DNA from: Candidatus Zhuqueibacterota bacterium
GTDB lineage: Bacteria; Zhuqueibacterota; Zhuqueibacteria; Zhuqueibacterales; Geothermadaptataceae
DNA length: 64,000 bases
Direction of reading: 5' to 3'
NCBI GenBank assembly: GCA_015485525.1
Contig: WFTM01000261.1
Coordinates: forward strand, 12,088 to 76,087
The notes under the pieces are model-generated. The model saw only the letters and a list, made by a program, of their open reading frames with translations. It made no database searches and had not been told where the DNA came from. Position numbers and translations under genes: made by a program. Below are positions 18,297-27,360 of the stretch, one piece after another (the first letter of the stretch is position 1; each line of letters begins with the position of its first letter).

Positions 18297-20140
18297 GGTT
18301 TGATCTCCTGACTTAAACGCCGCAACTTTTTTCTCGCCAGCTCAAGGTATGTACTGTTGGGATAAACGACCAGCAGTTGTTCATAGGCCTGCGCTGCCAG
18401 TTCTTTCTGCCCTGTTGCTGCGTAGGCGTTGGCAAGCCGGAAAAGCGCTTCATCTGCATAAATGGTGTCAGCAAATTCCTGCACAACTCTTTGTAACAGC
18501 GCCTTTTCCTCCGTGCAGGCCTCTTTTTCGTGGTACAGGTCTGCGAGATCCAACAAGACACGAGGGGTGAGTGCGCTGCCGTCGTACTGTTGCAGCCACG
18601 TCTCGAGATTATTTCCCGCCTCTTCCCGGTCGTCTTTTTCCAAAGCACAGAGATAATCGGCATACCCGGCCAGCGCCGAGCTGCTGTCCGCCAGATTCTC
18701 CTCGATGAGCAGCGCGCGTTCCAGGGCTTCATTGACGATGGAACCCATTATCGCCGCCTTGTCTTCTCCCGATTGGATACTGTCTAACAGTTGCAGCGAT
18801 TCCGAAAACTCATGCCGGCAAAGCTGCAAAGATGCGAGATGGAACAAAATAGTGTTTTTCTCTGCGATTTCATTGTCTTTTAAAAATGCCATGGCCTGCC
18901 TGAACCATGATTCCGCTTCTTCGTGCATACCTGAGCGCATCGCCGAAAGACCGAGCATTTTGGCGGCAAACTTTCGCGTTGTCCGGGAAGAGAAGTTGCG
19001 AAAAAGCTCGCGATAGACTTCATACGCCCGGGCAGGACGATCGAGTTGCTCGAGCAATAATCTGCCCTTGAGTTTGGCAGCTTCCAGCGCCAGGGTATTC
19101 TTCTTGTTTTCTGCCAGAATCAAATCCAGCTCTGTCAAACTTCGCTCACGTTCACCGGATGCAATCCACGCCCGGATTCTGCCCAGGCGGGCAGCAGTTG
19201 CGTAGCGTGACTCCGGCCATTTGTTCAGGATACGAGAAAATGCCTGTTCGGCGACTTCGTAGTCTTCGTCCTGCAGCGCTTTTTCTGCCAGAGTATAAAA
19301 CTCCCTTCCCACAGTCTGTTTCTTCTGCTGCGCACGGGCATCTTCTATCTTCTCCATTACCTGCAGGGCTTTGGCATAGTGCCTGGTGCGGATCAGGCAT
19401 TCGCCATAAATCTGCAGCAGCTCATTGCGCGGCGCGGACTGGCTGTTTACCTTCTGTTCGACGACAGACAGCACGGTTTCATCTTCCTGCAAAAAGGAGG
19501 TGATACGAGCACGGACATAGGAAACCTGCATCGGTCGCTGCTCGAGATAGAGCAACAGCTCTCGGGTTGCCGCGAGATAATTCCCTCTGCCGGCAAAAGC
19601 GTTCGCCAGCTCTACTGCGAATAGGAAACGGTTCTTCAATTCCTTTCTCGCAAGGCGATAGGTTTCCACAGCATCATCGAATAACCCGTTGCGCAGCATC
19701 GATGACGCAACCAGAGAATACGCTCCCGAGGTTTTGCCGAATTTTTTCAGCACTTCTTTCCACGTTTTATGAGCTTCCTTTTCCCGGCCTGCCCGATAGA
19801 GCGCACTGCCCAGGTCCGCACGCACAACAGCATCATCGATAACGTGTAATCGGGTACGGATCATTTCGATAAGTTCATCATAGGTGTTGAGGCGCTCGAG
19901 CGTTCGTTTGAGAGCATTGTAATAACTCGGGTTCGCCGGGTCACTGTTAAAAAGTTTGCGATAACGCCGGGCGGCGTTTTCGTACATGCCCATGCGTTCA
20001 TAACTCTGTGCCAGGCGATATTCCGCGTTTTGCTGCGGCGTTCTGCCCTGGGCACTCAAAACCCCTGGCAACGTGAGCATGAAGACGGCGATTATGCACC
20101 ACCGCATTCCGCTGTTTCGTCTTTTTCTGTTACTGTGCAC
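18293..20140 (-). CDS. Secreted tetratricopeptide-repeat protein
   Basis: N-terminal signal peptide (MRWCIIAVFMLTLPGVLSAQG) and TPR units throughout. The start is ambiguous: GTG at 20140 or ATG at 20107. Confidence 0.75.
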   Translation of the reverse strand: MHSNRKRRNSGMRWCIIAVFMLTLPGVLSAQGRTPQQNAEYRLAQSYERMGMYENAARRYRKLFNSDPANPSYYNALKRTLERLNTYDELIEMIRTRLHVIDDAVVRADLGSALYRAGREKEAHKTWKEVLKKFGKTSGAYSLVASSMLRNGLFDDAVETYRLARKELKNRFLFAVELANAFAGRGNYLAATRELLLYLEQRPMQVSYVRARITSFLQEDETVLSVVEQKVNSQSAPRNELLQIYGECLIRTRHYAKALQVMEKIEDARAQQKKQTVGREFYTLAEKALQDEDYEVAEQAFSRILNKWPESRYATAARLGRIRAWIASGERERSLTELDLILAENKKNTLALEAAKLKGRLLLEQLDRPARAYEVYRELFRNFSSRTTRKFAAKMLGLSAMRSGMHEEAESWFRQAMAFLKDNEIAEKNTILFHLASLQLCRHEFSESLQLLDSIQSGEDKAAIMGSIVNEALERALLIEENLADSSSALAGYADYLCALEKDDREEAGNNLETWLQQYDGSALTPRVLLDLADLYHEKEACTEEKALLQRVVQEFADTIYADEALFRLANAYAATGQKELAAQAYEQLLVVYPNSTYLELARKKLRRLSQEIKP

Positions 20141-23100
20141 CAGTGCCTTCCTGTTGCGCTTCCCTGGATAACGCTTCGAAATAGCTTCGAATCAGTTTTT
20201 TATAGTCCCGGGTATAGTTTTCCTTCAATGCCCGCAGTAAATCCTGGCGCAGGCGCGAACGCCTCTCGCCTAAATCTGCAGGCAGGCGGCCCGGGTCAAG
20301 CGCCCGATATTGTTTGCCGGTTTCTGCCCGTCGCTTTTTGCTGAATTCCCGCTTTTGCACCGACTTTTGCGCATCGAGCAAACGGGAGAGAATACGGCGC
20401 TGCCGCTCTATCGTCTGTCTGCCGGTTTTCTGCTGGCGCAAATTTTGAGCGACTTCCTGCATCTCCCTGGCGATGTTACCGAGATCACCCAAAACATCCC
20501 CTCGGCCGCCGTACTGTTTCTGCAGCTCCTGCATAGCGCGACGAAGCGCCTCCTGTCTGGCAGCAAGCCGCGCCAGCGCTGCCTGCCGTTCCATGCTCAT
20601 CATGCCGGGATTATTGAGCCCCTGCGTCTGCTGGTTGATACCTTCCTGAGCCTGACTGATACCCATCATCCGGCGGAAAAAATCCTGCATGCCGGAGCTC
20701 CCACTTCCTGAGCCATTCATATTGCGCATGGCCTGGCGCAGTTCTGCCACTGCTGCGTTCAGACCCTGCATCGCCTTGCCCTGGTGCCCGGCAGAGCGGG
20801 CGCCCTGCCGGTTGCCAAGCTGATCGATCGCTGAGCGCATATTCGTTGCTGCTGCGTCGAGCTTTTGCACGGCTTCTCCGGGCATGAAAAAAGATTCCTG
20901 CGTTTTTTTCAAAAGTTTCTCTCCCGTACGCAGCAGGGCTGAGAGCACGTCCTGCTGCTGATCTGCGAGATCACGAAACTGCGTTGCTTCGCTTTGCGCG
21001 GTTTTTCGGGCCAGAGCTTCCTGTCGGCGGGACAGACGTAACAAATCACGCGCACCGCGCTGAAGGGCCTGCCGCAGTTCTGCCTGCTGGTTTTGCTGCA
21101 TCTGCTCGCGGGCCTGCGCGAGATTTTGCTGCATCTGCTGCATCTGCTGCATGAGCTGCTGGCCGGTTTGTGCCGCCTGCTCCTGATCTGCACGATCGAG
21201 CGCCTGCGTCATCTCCTGCAAATTTTCCATCAGCTCCTGGCTCTCGGCGGTTTCCTGCGCAGTATTTACCTGCTCGCGCGGCAACCTGATCTGCGGCAAC
21301 TCCGCTATTTTTTCCTGCAGGGATTTCAGGGCCTGTTGCAACTGCTCGAGGCGCTTCATCTGCTTCATTTCCTCATCAGCGAGAGCAGACTGCTGTTCCG
21401 GTGAGCTTTCGGACTGGGCCTTGTCGTTGATCTGTTCCTGCTTTTGCACCATTTCTTCCGCGATGCGCAGGGACTCCTCCAGCCGCTGCTCAGCCTGAAG
21501 CTGTTTGAGCAGGTTGATCGTGCGCTCGAGATTGCGGGCAAACTGCTCCTGCTCCTGCTGAAACGCCTCCAGTGCTTTTTCTATATTTTCCGGGTCGAGC
21601 TTTTCCATCGCTTCCTGAAGCTTGCGCATCGCTTCGCGCATCTCTGGCGTCGCGATCTCATCGATCAGCTCCTGTAATTCCTGATATTTCTGCAGGATTT
21701 CCGGGGATAACAGCTCGTTGTTTTCCATGCGATCGACCATTTCATCCAACTGCTCGCCCAGGGTCTGCATATCATTCAATATCTTTTCCTGCTTGCCGCT
21801 GGCATCTCGCAGCGCTTGCTTGTCTTCCCAGTCCAACTCCGGATTGCGACGGAATTCCTGCAGGATTTCCTGAACATCCTCCCGAATTTCCTCGGTGTTT
21901 TTGGCCAGCTCATCCAGGTTTTCCAACGAACGCTCTTGCTGCTCCCCCGCCTCAGCGAAAATCTCCATCAAAGAGGGCAGGCGCAAGCGATATTCCCTGC
22001 TGCTCGCTTTTTTCGGGCCGGATATCATATCATTGTCGAACAGCTCGACATGGTAAACGACGACATCCTCCGGTTCGAGACCGGCCGGCTGTAAGTCCCA
22101 GAGATACTCAGCCTGCAGGGTTGCTTCGCGGCTGACATAGTTCAGGCGCTCCCGAAAACTTCGCTCTTTTTCACCGGAGCGGTACACGCTGTACACCAGA
22201 TCCAGCCGTGTAAATCCAAAATCATCTTCACCCGAAATCAACAAAGAAATGCGCCGCGATTCATCCAAATCCTGATCTCTTCCCGGGCGCACGATCTCGA
22301 CAACAGGCCGCTGGTCTGGAATGATGTCGATCTGCCAGAGTATCGGATTGGCATTTTCCAGTCCGGCTGAGTCTTTCAGATACACAGAATACTGCTGTGC
22401 GCTGCGAATCTGCACCTTTCCTGTCAGCGCCTCCCCGCTAATTTTCAGTATGACCGGATCATGATCAGAAAAGAGCAGTTTCGCCTCACGGACCGGTTTG
22501 TTGGTTAAGACAGAAAAGAAAACATCTGAGCCAGGCAGAACGCTGACGAGTCCCACATCCGGCTCGGGTTTCATTTCAGGAAGCTTTGTATAGGCCGGCG
22601 GCCGGACGCGTAACTGCATTTGCCGGATATCCGGCAACTCCACAACTTCGAGCTGAAACGATTCACTCGACCGGTCATCACTTTTCAGAAAATAGCGACC
22701 GGACTCCTGCACATTTTCCAGGGTATAGCGAAACGGCCCGCCTGCCACCGGCTGCATGGAAAAAGTCTCTTCAAAGCCGCCACCATAAAGGACGTGCAGG
22801 CTCATCGAACGGGGCTGCACATCGGCAACGCTGGCGGAAATCTCCAGAGACGTGCCGCGCACGATGCGAACATCTCCCGGACTGACGCGAAAAACATATT
22901 CAGCCTGCGCCGGGCGACTGTATGGTGTGAGCAACTGGCGCAGGGCTTCGCGGTAAGTATTTGGAAAGATAAAAGCAAAGGAGAGCGTGACGATCAATAG
23001 TCCAGCCGCTGTCGCCGTGTTGCGCCTGAGCTGTTCCGTGGAGATATATTTTTCCAGCGCAAGTCCGGCAACGGCCTGATGCACGCGTTCGAACTCCTTT

Positions 23101-23492
23101 TGCGCCAAAGCAGATGCCGCTTCATCCATCTTCGGCATATCCCGCATGAGCTGCAGCGCATTGCTCAGCCGATCGCGTATCTGTGGAAACGCGGCACCGA
23201 TTTGCAGGGCACTTTTCTCCAACGAGGGTGTGTTTCGTCTGAAGACACACTGCCACAACGGCTTGAGAAACCAGTGATAGCCCAGCCAACAGAAAAGGCC
23301 TGCCGCGGAGAGGGACACAAGCCATCTGTAAACAACATCATCGCGGAGCGGCGCAGCATAGAGCAAAGGCAGAACGAGCACGGCGGCGGCGATTGCGGAT
23401 ATAAACAACGCCATCTTTTCCGCACCGTGTACTGCCCTGGTCCGGAAACGAATTCGGGCCAGACGTTTTTTTAGCTTTTCGAGTGCCGTCAT
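20130..23492 (-). CDS. Large membrane protein with Q/E-rich coiled coil (DUF4175-like)
   Basis: The ATG at 23492 is 1 nt after the DUF4159 stop (TAACATG); the track start at 23510 is TTG. There are N-terminal TM helices, a beta-rich middle region, about 450 aa of Q/E-rich heptad-like sequence (QQLMQQMQQMQQNLAQAREQMQQNQQ), and a basic C-terminus. Confidence 0.65.
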   Translation of the reverse strand: MTALEKLKKRLARIRFRTRAVHGAEKMALFISAIAAAVLVLPLLYAAPLRDDVVYRWLVSLSAAGLFCWLGYHWFLKPLWQCVFRRNTPSLEKSALQIGAAFPQIRDRLSNALQLMRDMPKMDEAASALAQKEFERVHQAVAGLALEKYISTEQLRRNTATAAGLLIVTLSFAFIFPNTYREALRQLLTPYSRPAQAEYVFRVSPGDVRIVRGTSLEISASVADVQPRSMSLHVLYGGGFEETFSMQPVAGGPFRYTLENVQESGRYFLKSDDRSSESFQLEVVELPDIRQMQLRVRPPAYTKLPEMKPEPDVGLVSVLPGSDVFFSVLTNKPVREAKLLFSDHDPVILKISGEALTGKVQIRSAQQYSVYLKDSAGLENANPILWQIDIIPDQRPVVEIVRPGRDQDLDESRRISLLISGEDDFGFTRLDLVYSVYRSGEKERSFRERLNYVSREATLQAEYLWDLQPAGLEPEDVVVYHVELFDNDMISGPKKASSREYRLRLPSLMEIFAEAGEQQERSLENLDELAKNTEEIREDVQEILQEFRRNPELDWEDKQALRDASGKQEKILNDMQTLGEQLDEMVDRMENNELLSPEILQKYQELQELIDEIATPEMREAMRKLQEAMEKLDPENIEKALEAFQQEQEQFARNLERTINLLKQLQAEQRLEESLRIAEEMVQKQEQINDKAQSESSPEQQSALADEEMKQMKRLEQLQQALKSLQEKIAELPQIRLPREQVNTAQETAESQELMENLQEMTQALDRADQEQAAQTGQQLMQQMQQMQQNLAQAREQMQQNQQAELRQALQRGARDLLRLSRRQEALARKTAQSEATQFRDLADQQQDVLSALLRTGEKLLKKTQESFFMPGEAVQKLDAAATNMRSAIDQLGNRQGARSAGHQGKAMQGLNAAVAELRQAMRNMNGSGSGSSGMQDFFRRMMGISQAQEGINQQTQGLNNPGMMSMERQAALARLAARQEALRRAMQELQKQYGGRGDVLGDLGNIAREMQEVAQNLRQQKTGRQTIERQRRILSRLLDAQKSVQKREFSKKRRAETGKQYRALDPGRLPADLGERRSRLRQDLLRALKENYTRDYKKLIRSYFEALSREAQQEGTGAQ

Positions 23493-23493
23493 G

Positions 23494-24165
23494 TTATTGT
23501 GCCAGTGCAAAGAGAATGATATTCGCGCCGAACTGTAAGGCTGCCCGCCGTACCGGCTCCGGGTCCTGATGGACCTCCGGGTCTGCCCAGCCGTCAGAGA
23601 TGTTGGTGTTTTGCGTATAGAGGACGATCAGTCTGCCCTCATGAAAAAGGGCTTGTGTTTTTCCGGGACCACCATCGTGTTCATGTATTTTCGGCACACC
23701 GGCTGGAAAGGGATAGAGCATGGAAAAGAGAGGGTGGCTGAAGGGTAAATCCACAAACTTTTTATCCGGGAAAACTTTTTTCATCATCTTGCGGAAAGAA
23801 GCATCCATGCCATAATCATCATCTGCATACAGGAACCCGCCATTGAGCAGATAGTTCCTCAGTCTCTCTACTTCCTGTTGCGAAAAAACGATGCGGCCAT
23901 GCCCGGTTATGAACAGCACGGGATAAGAAAACAACGCATTATCAGTCACCTCGACGCGGGCCTCATCCGTGCCACAACGCAGGTTGGTGTTTTCGTTCAG
24001 GAAGCGCAACATATTTGGTATAATCGATGGATCATTATACCAGTCACCGCCACCGCTGTATTTCAGGCGCGCGATGGTAAACCGGCTGCCCGGTGCAGCA
24101 TGCTGCGCACTAAGCTGGCAAACCGGCAACAGCAGAAGGATGCAGAGCAGGCTGTATTTTTTCAT
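23494..24165 (-). CDS. DUF4159-like secreted protein
   Basis: Signal peptide, then RLKYSGGGDWYNDPSIIPNMLRFL and LFITGHG, then LRNYLLNGGFLYADDDYG, as I recall for the DUF4159 family. Confidence 0.7.
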   Translation of the reverse strand: MKKYSLLCILLLLPVCQLSAQHAAPGSRFTIARLKYSGGGDWYNDPSIIPNMLRFLNENTNLRCGTDEARVEVTDNALFSYPVLFITGHGRIVFSQQEVERLRNYLLNGGFLYADDDYGMDASFRKMMKKVFPDKKFVDLPFSHPLFSMLYPFPAGVPKIHEHDGGPGKTQALFHEGRLIVLYTQNTNISDGWADPEVHQDPEPVRRAALQFGANIILFALAQ

Positions 24166-24228
24166 GGGCTTCTTTTCTGTTTGTGCGGTTTGAAGAGAAG
24201 ATCGTGCTGAAATGTTGTTTTACGCAGG

Positions 24229-24744
24229 TCAGACAATTCGAAACCAAATCATGACGATCATGATGATGCCGAGAATCACCTTGCTCAGCTTGCCGCCTAT
24301 GGTGCCGAGCATAGCGCCATAGCCGGCCCTCAGCGCTGCGAGGAGAGAGCCTCCTGCCAGTAACTCCGCCAGCATGGCGCCGGCAAAAGCACCGAGGAAG
24401 GCGCCTATCAGCGTTCCCACTACCGGGAACATGCCCGTGCCGACGACTGCGCCGGCAAAGCCTCCAATCACAGCACCGGACATCGCCCATTTCGAGCCAC
24501 CGTATTTTTTTGCCGTCGCAGCACCAAAAAAGAACTCCACCACCTCACCGGCAACTGCTATTCCAAGCAGTGTGAAAACAAACGTTCCGGTGATCGGATC
24601 GAAATTCGTGGCCCAGCCATGTAACAATGCCAGCACTGTGATCATAAACGTTCCCGGCAGGCCGGCAGGAATGACCAAAAGAGACAACAGCAGCGCAAGC
24701 CAGAAAAAAATTATGCCCGCGCCGGTGAGCAGCCAGTCCGCCAT
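24229..24744 (-). CDS. DUF456-like small membrane protein
   Basis: 171 aa, G/A-rich, with 4-5 TM helices (GLPGTFMITVLALLHGW, KKYGGSKWAMSGAVIGGFAGAVVG). TAATG overlap with the M14 peptidase stop. Confidence 0.7.
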   Translation of the reverse strand: MADWLLTGAGIIFFWLALLLSLLVIPAGLPGTFMITVLALLHGWATNFDPITGTFVFTLLGIAVAGEVVEFFFGAATAKKYGGSKWAMSGAVIGGFAGAVVGTGMFPVVGTLIGAFLGAFAGAMLAELLAGGSLLAALRAGYGAMLGTIGGKLSKVILGIIMIVMIWFRIV

Positions 24745-27332
24745 TACATCATGCTCCCGAAAAAGACCGCGTTGAGAAACAAGGCACTGGTCACCCGCCA
24801 GAACATGCGGAAATTAGGATCATCGGCAAAGAGTATCACCACACCTTTTCCGACCCGTTCGACAGCTACGCCGGAAGAGTTTTTCAGCAGGTTTCGGTTT
24901 TCTTTACTGATATATCCTGCTATCCAGGCATCGTTCTGAAATATACCGGCATGGTGTGCTTTCCCGGTCAGGTCAAAGGCACGCGTGCCACGCTTGATGG
25001 AGAAAATTTTCCGTTCCAGCCCAAAGCCAATGGGGTGCGTGATGTCAACATGCATACGATAGACCGCGCCGCTCACTCTGTTCAGCATACGCTGGTGCTG
25101 CTTTTCCTGCCAGGTTTGTTTGGCCTTTTCCATATCCTTCTTTTTCTTCTCTTTCGCGGCGGTCGTATCTTTACGCATCGTTATTTTGGATATGCTTTTT
25201 TTTCCACGGGTCAAAAACTCTGTAGCAGAACCTATGGCAATCAGCCGGCCACCGGACTGCAGCCAGTGCCGCAGCTTTTTCACCGTGACACTGTCGAGCA
25301 GAGTTGACCAGGACGCAAACGCATCCGGCATCACGAGGGTTTTATAGCGAGCGAGATCCACCCGGCGCAGGGAACGCAGAGGCAGAGCTGCAAAAGGGTG
25401 CTCGATTTTCTGATCAAATAAAAACCAGACTGCGCCGTAAGATGTCGGCGATATTCCCTCCCCTGTCAGAACCGCGGTTGCCGGATCGGGAATCCAGGCG
25501 ACATTGTTGGTGGAGCCGAGGTCCGGCCCTTTGAGGGTAAGCCCGGTGGAAAGGCGTTGCGGAGAAACAGCCCACTTCGTACTCAGCCGTCGAATAAGGC
25601 CGGAGAGATTTTTCTTTTGCGTATTCGCCCAACGGGGAATGATAATCGATCCGGGCCGAAACTCTCTGCTCCCGACCTGTATCGTCTTTCGCGTCGCATA
25701 GCAACGGACGTTTTCTTCGAGCAGGTCGGAAAGAAAACCAGCCGAGGGCACGTCATCCCACGGAAGAACCCAGGCATAGGGTGGATCGGCAGCATCGGTT
25801 TCTCTCACAGCAGGGCTGGCTTTGCCACGCGTCGTACGCGGAGATTTTTTCACCCTGTATGCATGCACGCCAAAGGCTGCCGGCATGGACCAGGACGTGA
25901 TATCGTAGAAAAAAGTGTCGGACAATGCCGGGTTGGGTTCAAAAAGGATGCGCACCTGCCTGCTGTTCTGCTGGTCCAACGGCACGAAGTAGTCCTGCGC
26001 AGAGAGACGGATCGCTTTTTTCTCTCCATCGACGACATGAACAGCTCCCGAAACCTTTCGCTGCTCATCCACCTGCAGCACATCGATTCCCTGCCGTCTC
26101 AGTGTTTGCACCAGTTCCAGCAGACGTACTTGTGAAGTCATCGACTGTAGAACATACCCCTTGAAAGCATTTCCCGACTCATCTTCCCAGAACGCAGCAT
26201 AGTCACGCAGCCGCTCGACGCGATGTGCTGCCGTAGTTTGCAGCGTCGTCATGGAGCTGACAAAATGGTGTCTGATGCGGTCTGCGAGGGTCAGGAGTGT
26301 GCCGTCTTTTCGTCTGTAGAGCGCACCGGCCGCCCCGTGCCCGGCCTGCTCGTATGTCATGCCGATGGCACCGTTGATACTCGGCCAGGAATCGCCATAG
26401 CCGGGATAAAAAAGATCAAAATTCTCGGCCGTGTAGTATGGCCAGCCGCGGCGATCAAAGGCCCGGGCATTGGCCTGGCCGTAACGCTGCATCCACGTGA
26501 GCGTTGATGCAGGCAGATCCTGCAGAATAGGCCCTTGAGGCGGGAAAAAGAAGTACGAACTGTTGGCACCCATCTCATGAAAATCCACATGGACCTGTGG
26601 ATACCACTCACGATATACCCGAAGGCGCGCACGCGTTTCTTTCTGCGTAGCCCACGCCCAGTCCCGGTTGAGATCGAAGTAATAGTGATTGCCTCTCCCG
26701 CCGGGCCAGGGTTCGATGTGTTCCACGCTGTTGGGATCAGCGTTGGCCCGGCTGCCGGCAGCGCTTCTGTACCAGTTCACATAGCGCTCACGGCCATCCG
26801 GGTTGAGCAGCGGATCGATGATAACGACGAGGTTGGTCAAAATCGCCCGGGTGAGGGAGTCACGGGCCGCAGCCAGTGTCCAGGCAACCTGCAGAGCTGT
26901 TTCTGCAGAAGAGGATTCATTGCCGTGCACGCCATAACTCAGCCAGGCCACAGCCGGCACGGTCGTGATCAGACTCTCGCGCCCGGGTGCGTTTTTATCG
27001 CGCAGGCTGGCGTGGTCTTTCCTGATCTTCTCGAGATCTCTGAGATGGGCAGGGGAGGAAATAATCAAAAGCAGCAGCGGACGCGACTCGTAGGTCTGCC
27101 CATACTTTTGCAGCAAAACCCGGTCTGATTTATCCGCCAGATAGCGCAGATAATCTTCGATGCGGTGATGCGGTGTGAATGTTTCTCCCGGTTGATATCC
27201 CAAAAACTCTGCCGGCGAAGCGATGTGCTGATCATACTCTGCTCCGGGGGCAAAGCGAAATTGCGCCATCACGGTCTGGGCAAACAGCAGGATCAGGATC
27301 GCGCTGAAAAGCAAACGGGTCAATTGTTTCAT
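24744..27332 (-). CDS. M14-family zinc carboxypeptidase with long C-terminal extension
   Basis: The ATG at 27332 has an AGGAG RBS (the track start at 27356 is GTG). Signal peptide LLFSAILILLFAQTVMA; zinc-ligand region SYGVHGNESSSAE; later VHVDFHEMG. The C-terminal half contains LRHWLQSGGRLIAIGSATEFL. Confidence 0.8.
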   Translation of the reverse strand: MKQLTRLLFSAILILLFAQTVMAQFRFAPGAEYDQHIASPAEFLGYQPGETFTPHHRIEDYLRYLADKSDRVLLQKYGQTYESRPLLLLIISSPAHLRDLEKIRKDHASLRDKNAPGRESLITTVPAVAWLSYGVHGNESSSAETALQVAWTLAAARDSLTRAILTNLVVIIDPLLNPDGRERYVNWYRSAAGSRANADPNSVEHIEPWPGGRGNHYYFDLNRDWAWATQKETRARLRVYREWYPQVHVDFHEMGANSSYFFFPPQGPILQDLPASTLTWMQRYGQANARAFDRRGWPYYTAENFDLFYPGYGDSWPSINGAIGMTYEQAGHGAAGALYRRKDGTLLTLADRIRHHFVSSMTTLQTTAAHRVERLRDYAAFWEDESGNAFKGYVLQSMTSQVRLLELVQTLRRQGIDVLQVDEQRKVSGAVHVVDGEKKAIRLSAQDYFVPLDQQNSRQVRILFEPNPALSDTFFYDITSWSMPAAFGVHAYRVKKSPRTTRGKASPAVRETDAADPPYAWVLPWDDVPSAGFLSDLLEENVRCYATRKTIQVGSREFRPGSIIIPRWANTQKKNLSGLIRRLSTKWAVSPQRLSTGLTLKGPDLGSTNNVAWIPDPATAVLTGEGISPTSYGAVWFLFDQKIEHPFAALPLRSLRRVDLARYKTLVMPDAFASWSTLLDSVTVKKLRHWLQSGGRLIAIGSATEFLTRGKKSISKITMRKDTTAAKEKKKKDMEKAKQTWQEKQHQRMLNRVSGAVYRMHVDITHPIGFGLERKIFSIKRGTRAFDLTGKAHHAGIFQNDAWIAGYISKENRNLLKNSSGVAVERVGKGVVILFADDPNFRMFWRVTSALFLNAVFFGSMM

Positions 27333-27360
27333 TCGGCTCCTGTGAAGAATCTGCACCGGT

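Noticed and set aside
20900-21700. Repetitive CTGCTGCAT/CAGCAG-type nucleotide periodicity as a tandem repeat or microsatellite
   Set aside because: It is in frame within the Q/E-rich coiled coil of the 1120-aa protein (QQMQQMQQ). This is coding low complexity rather than an independent repeat element.
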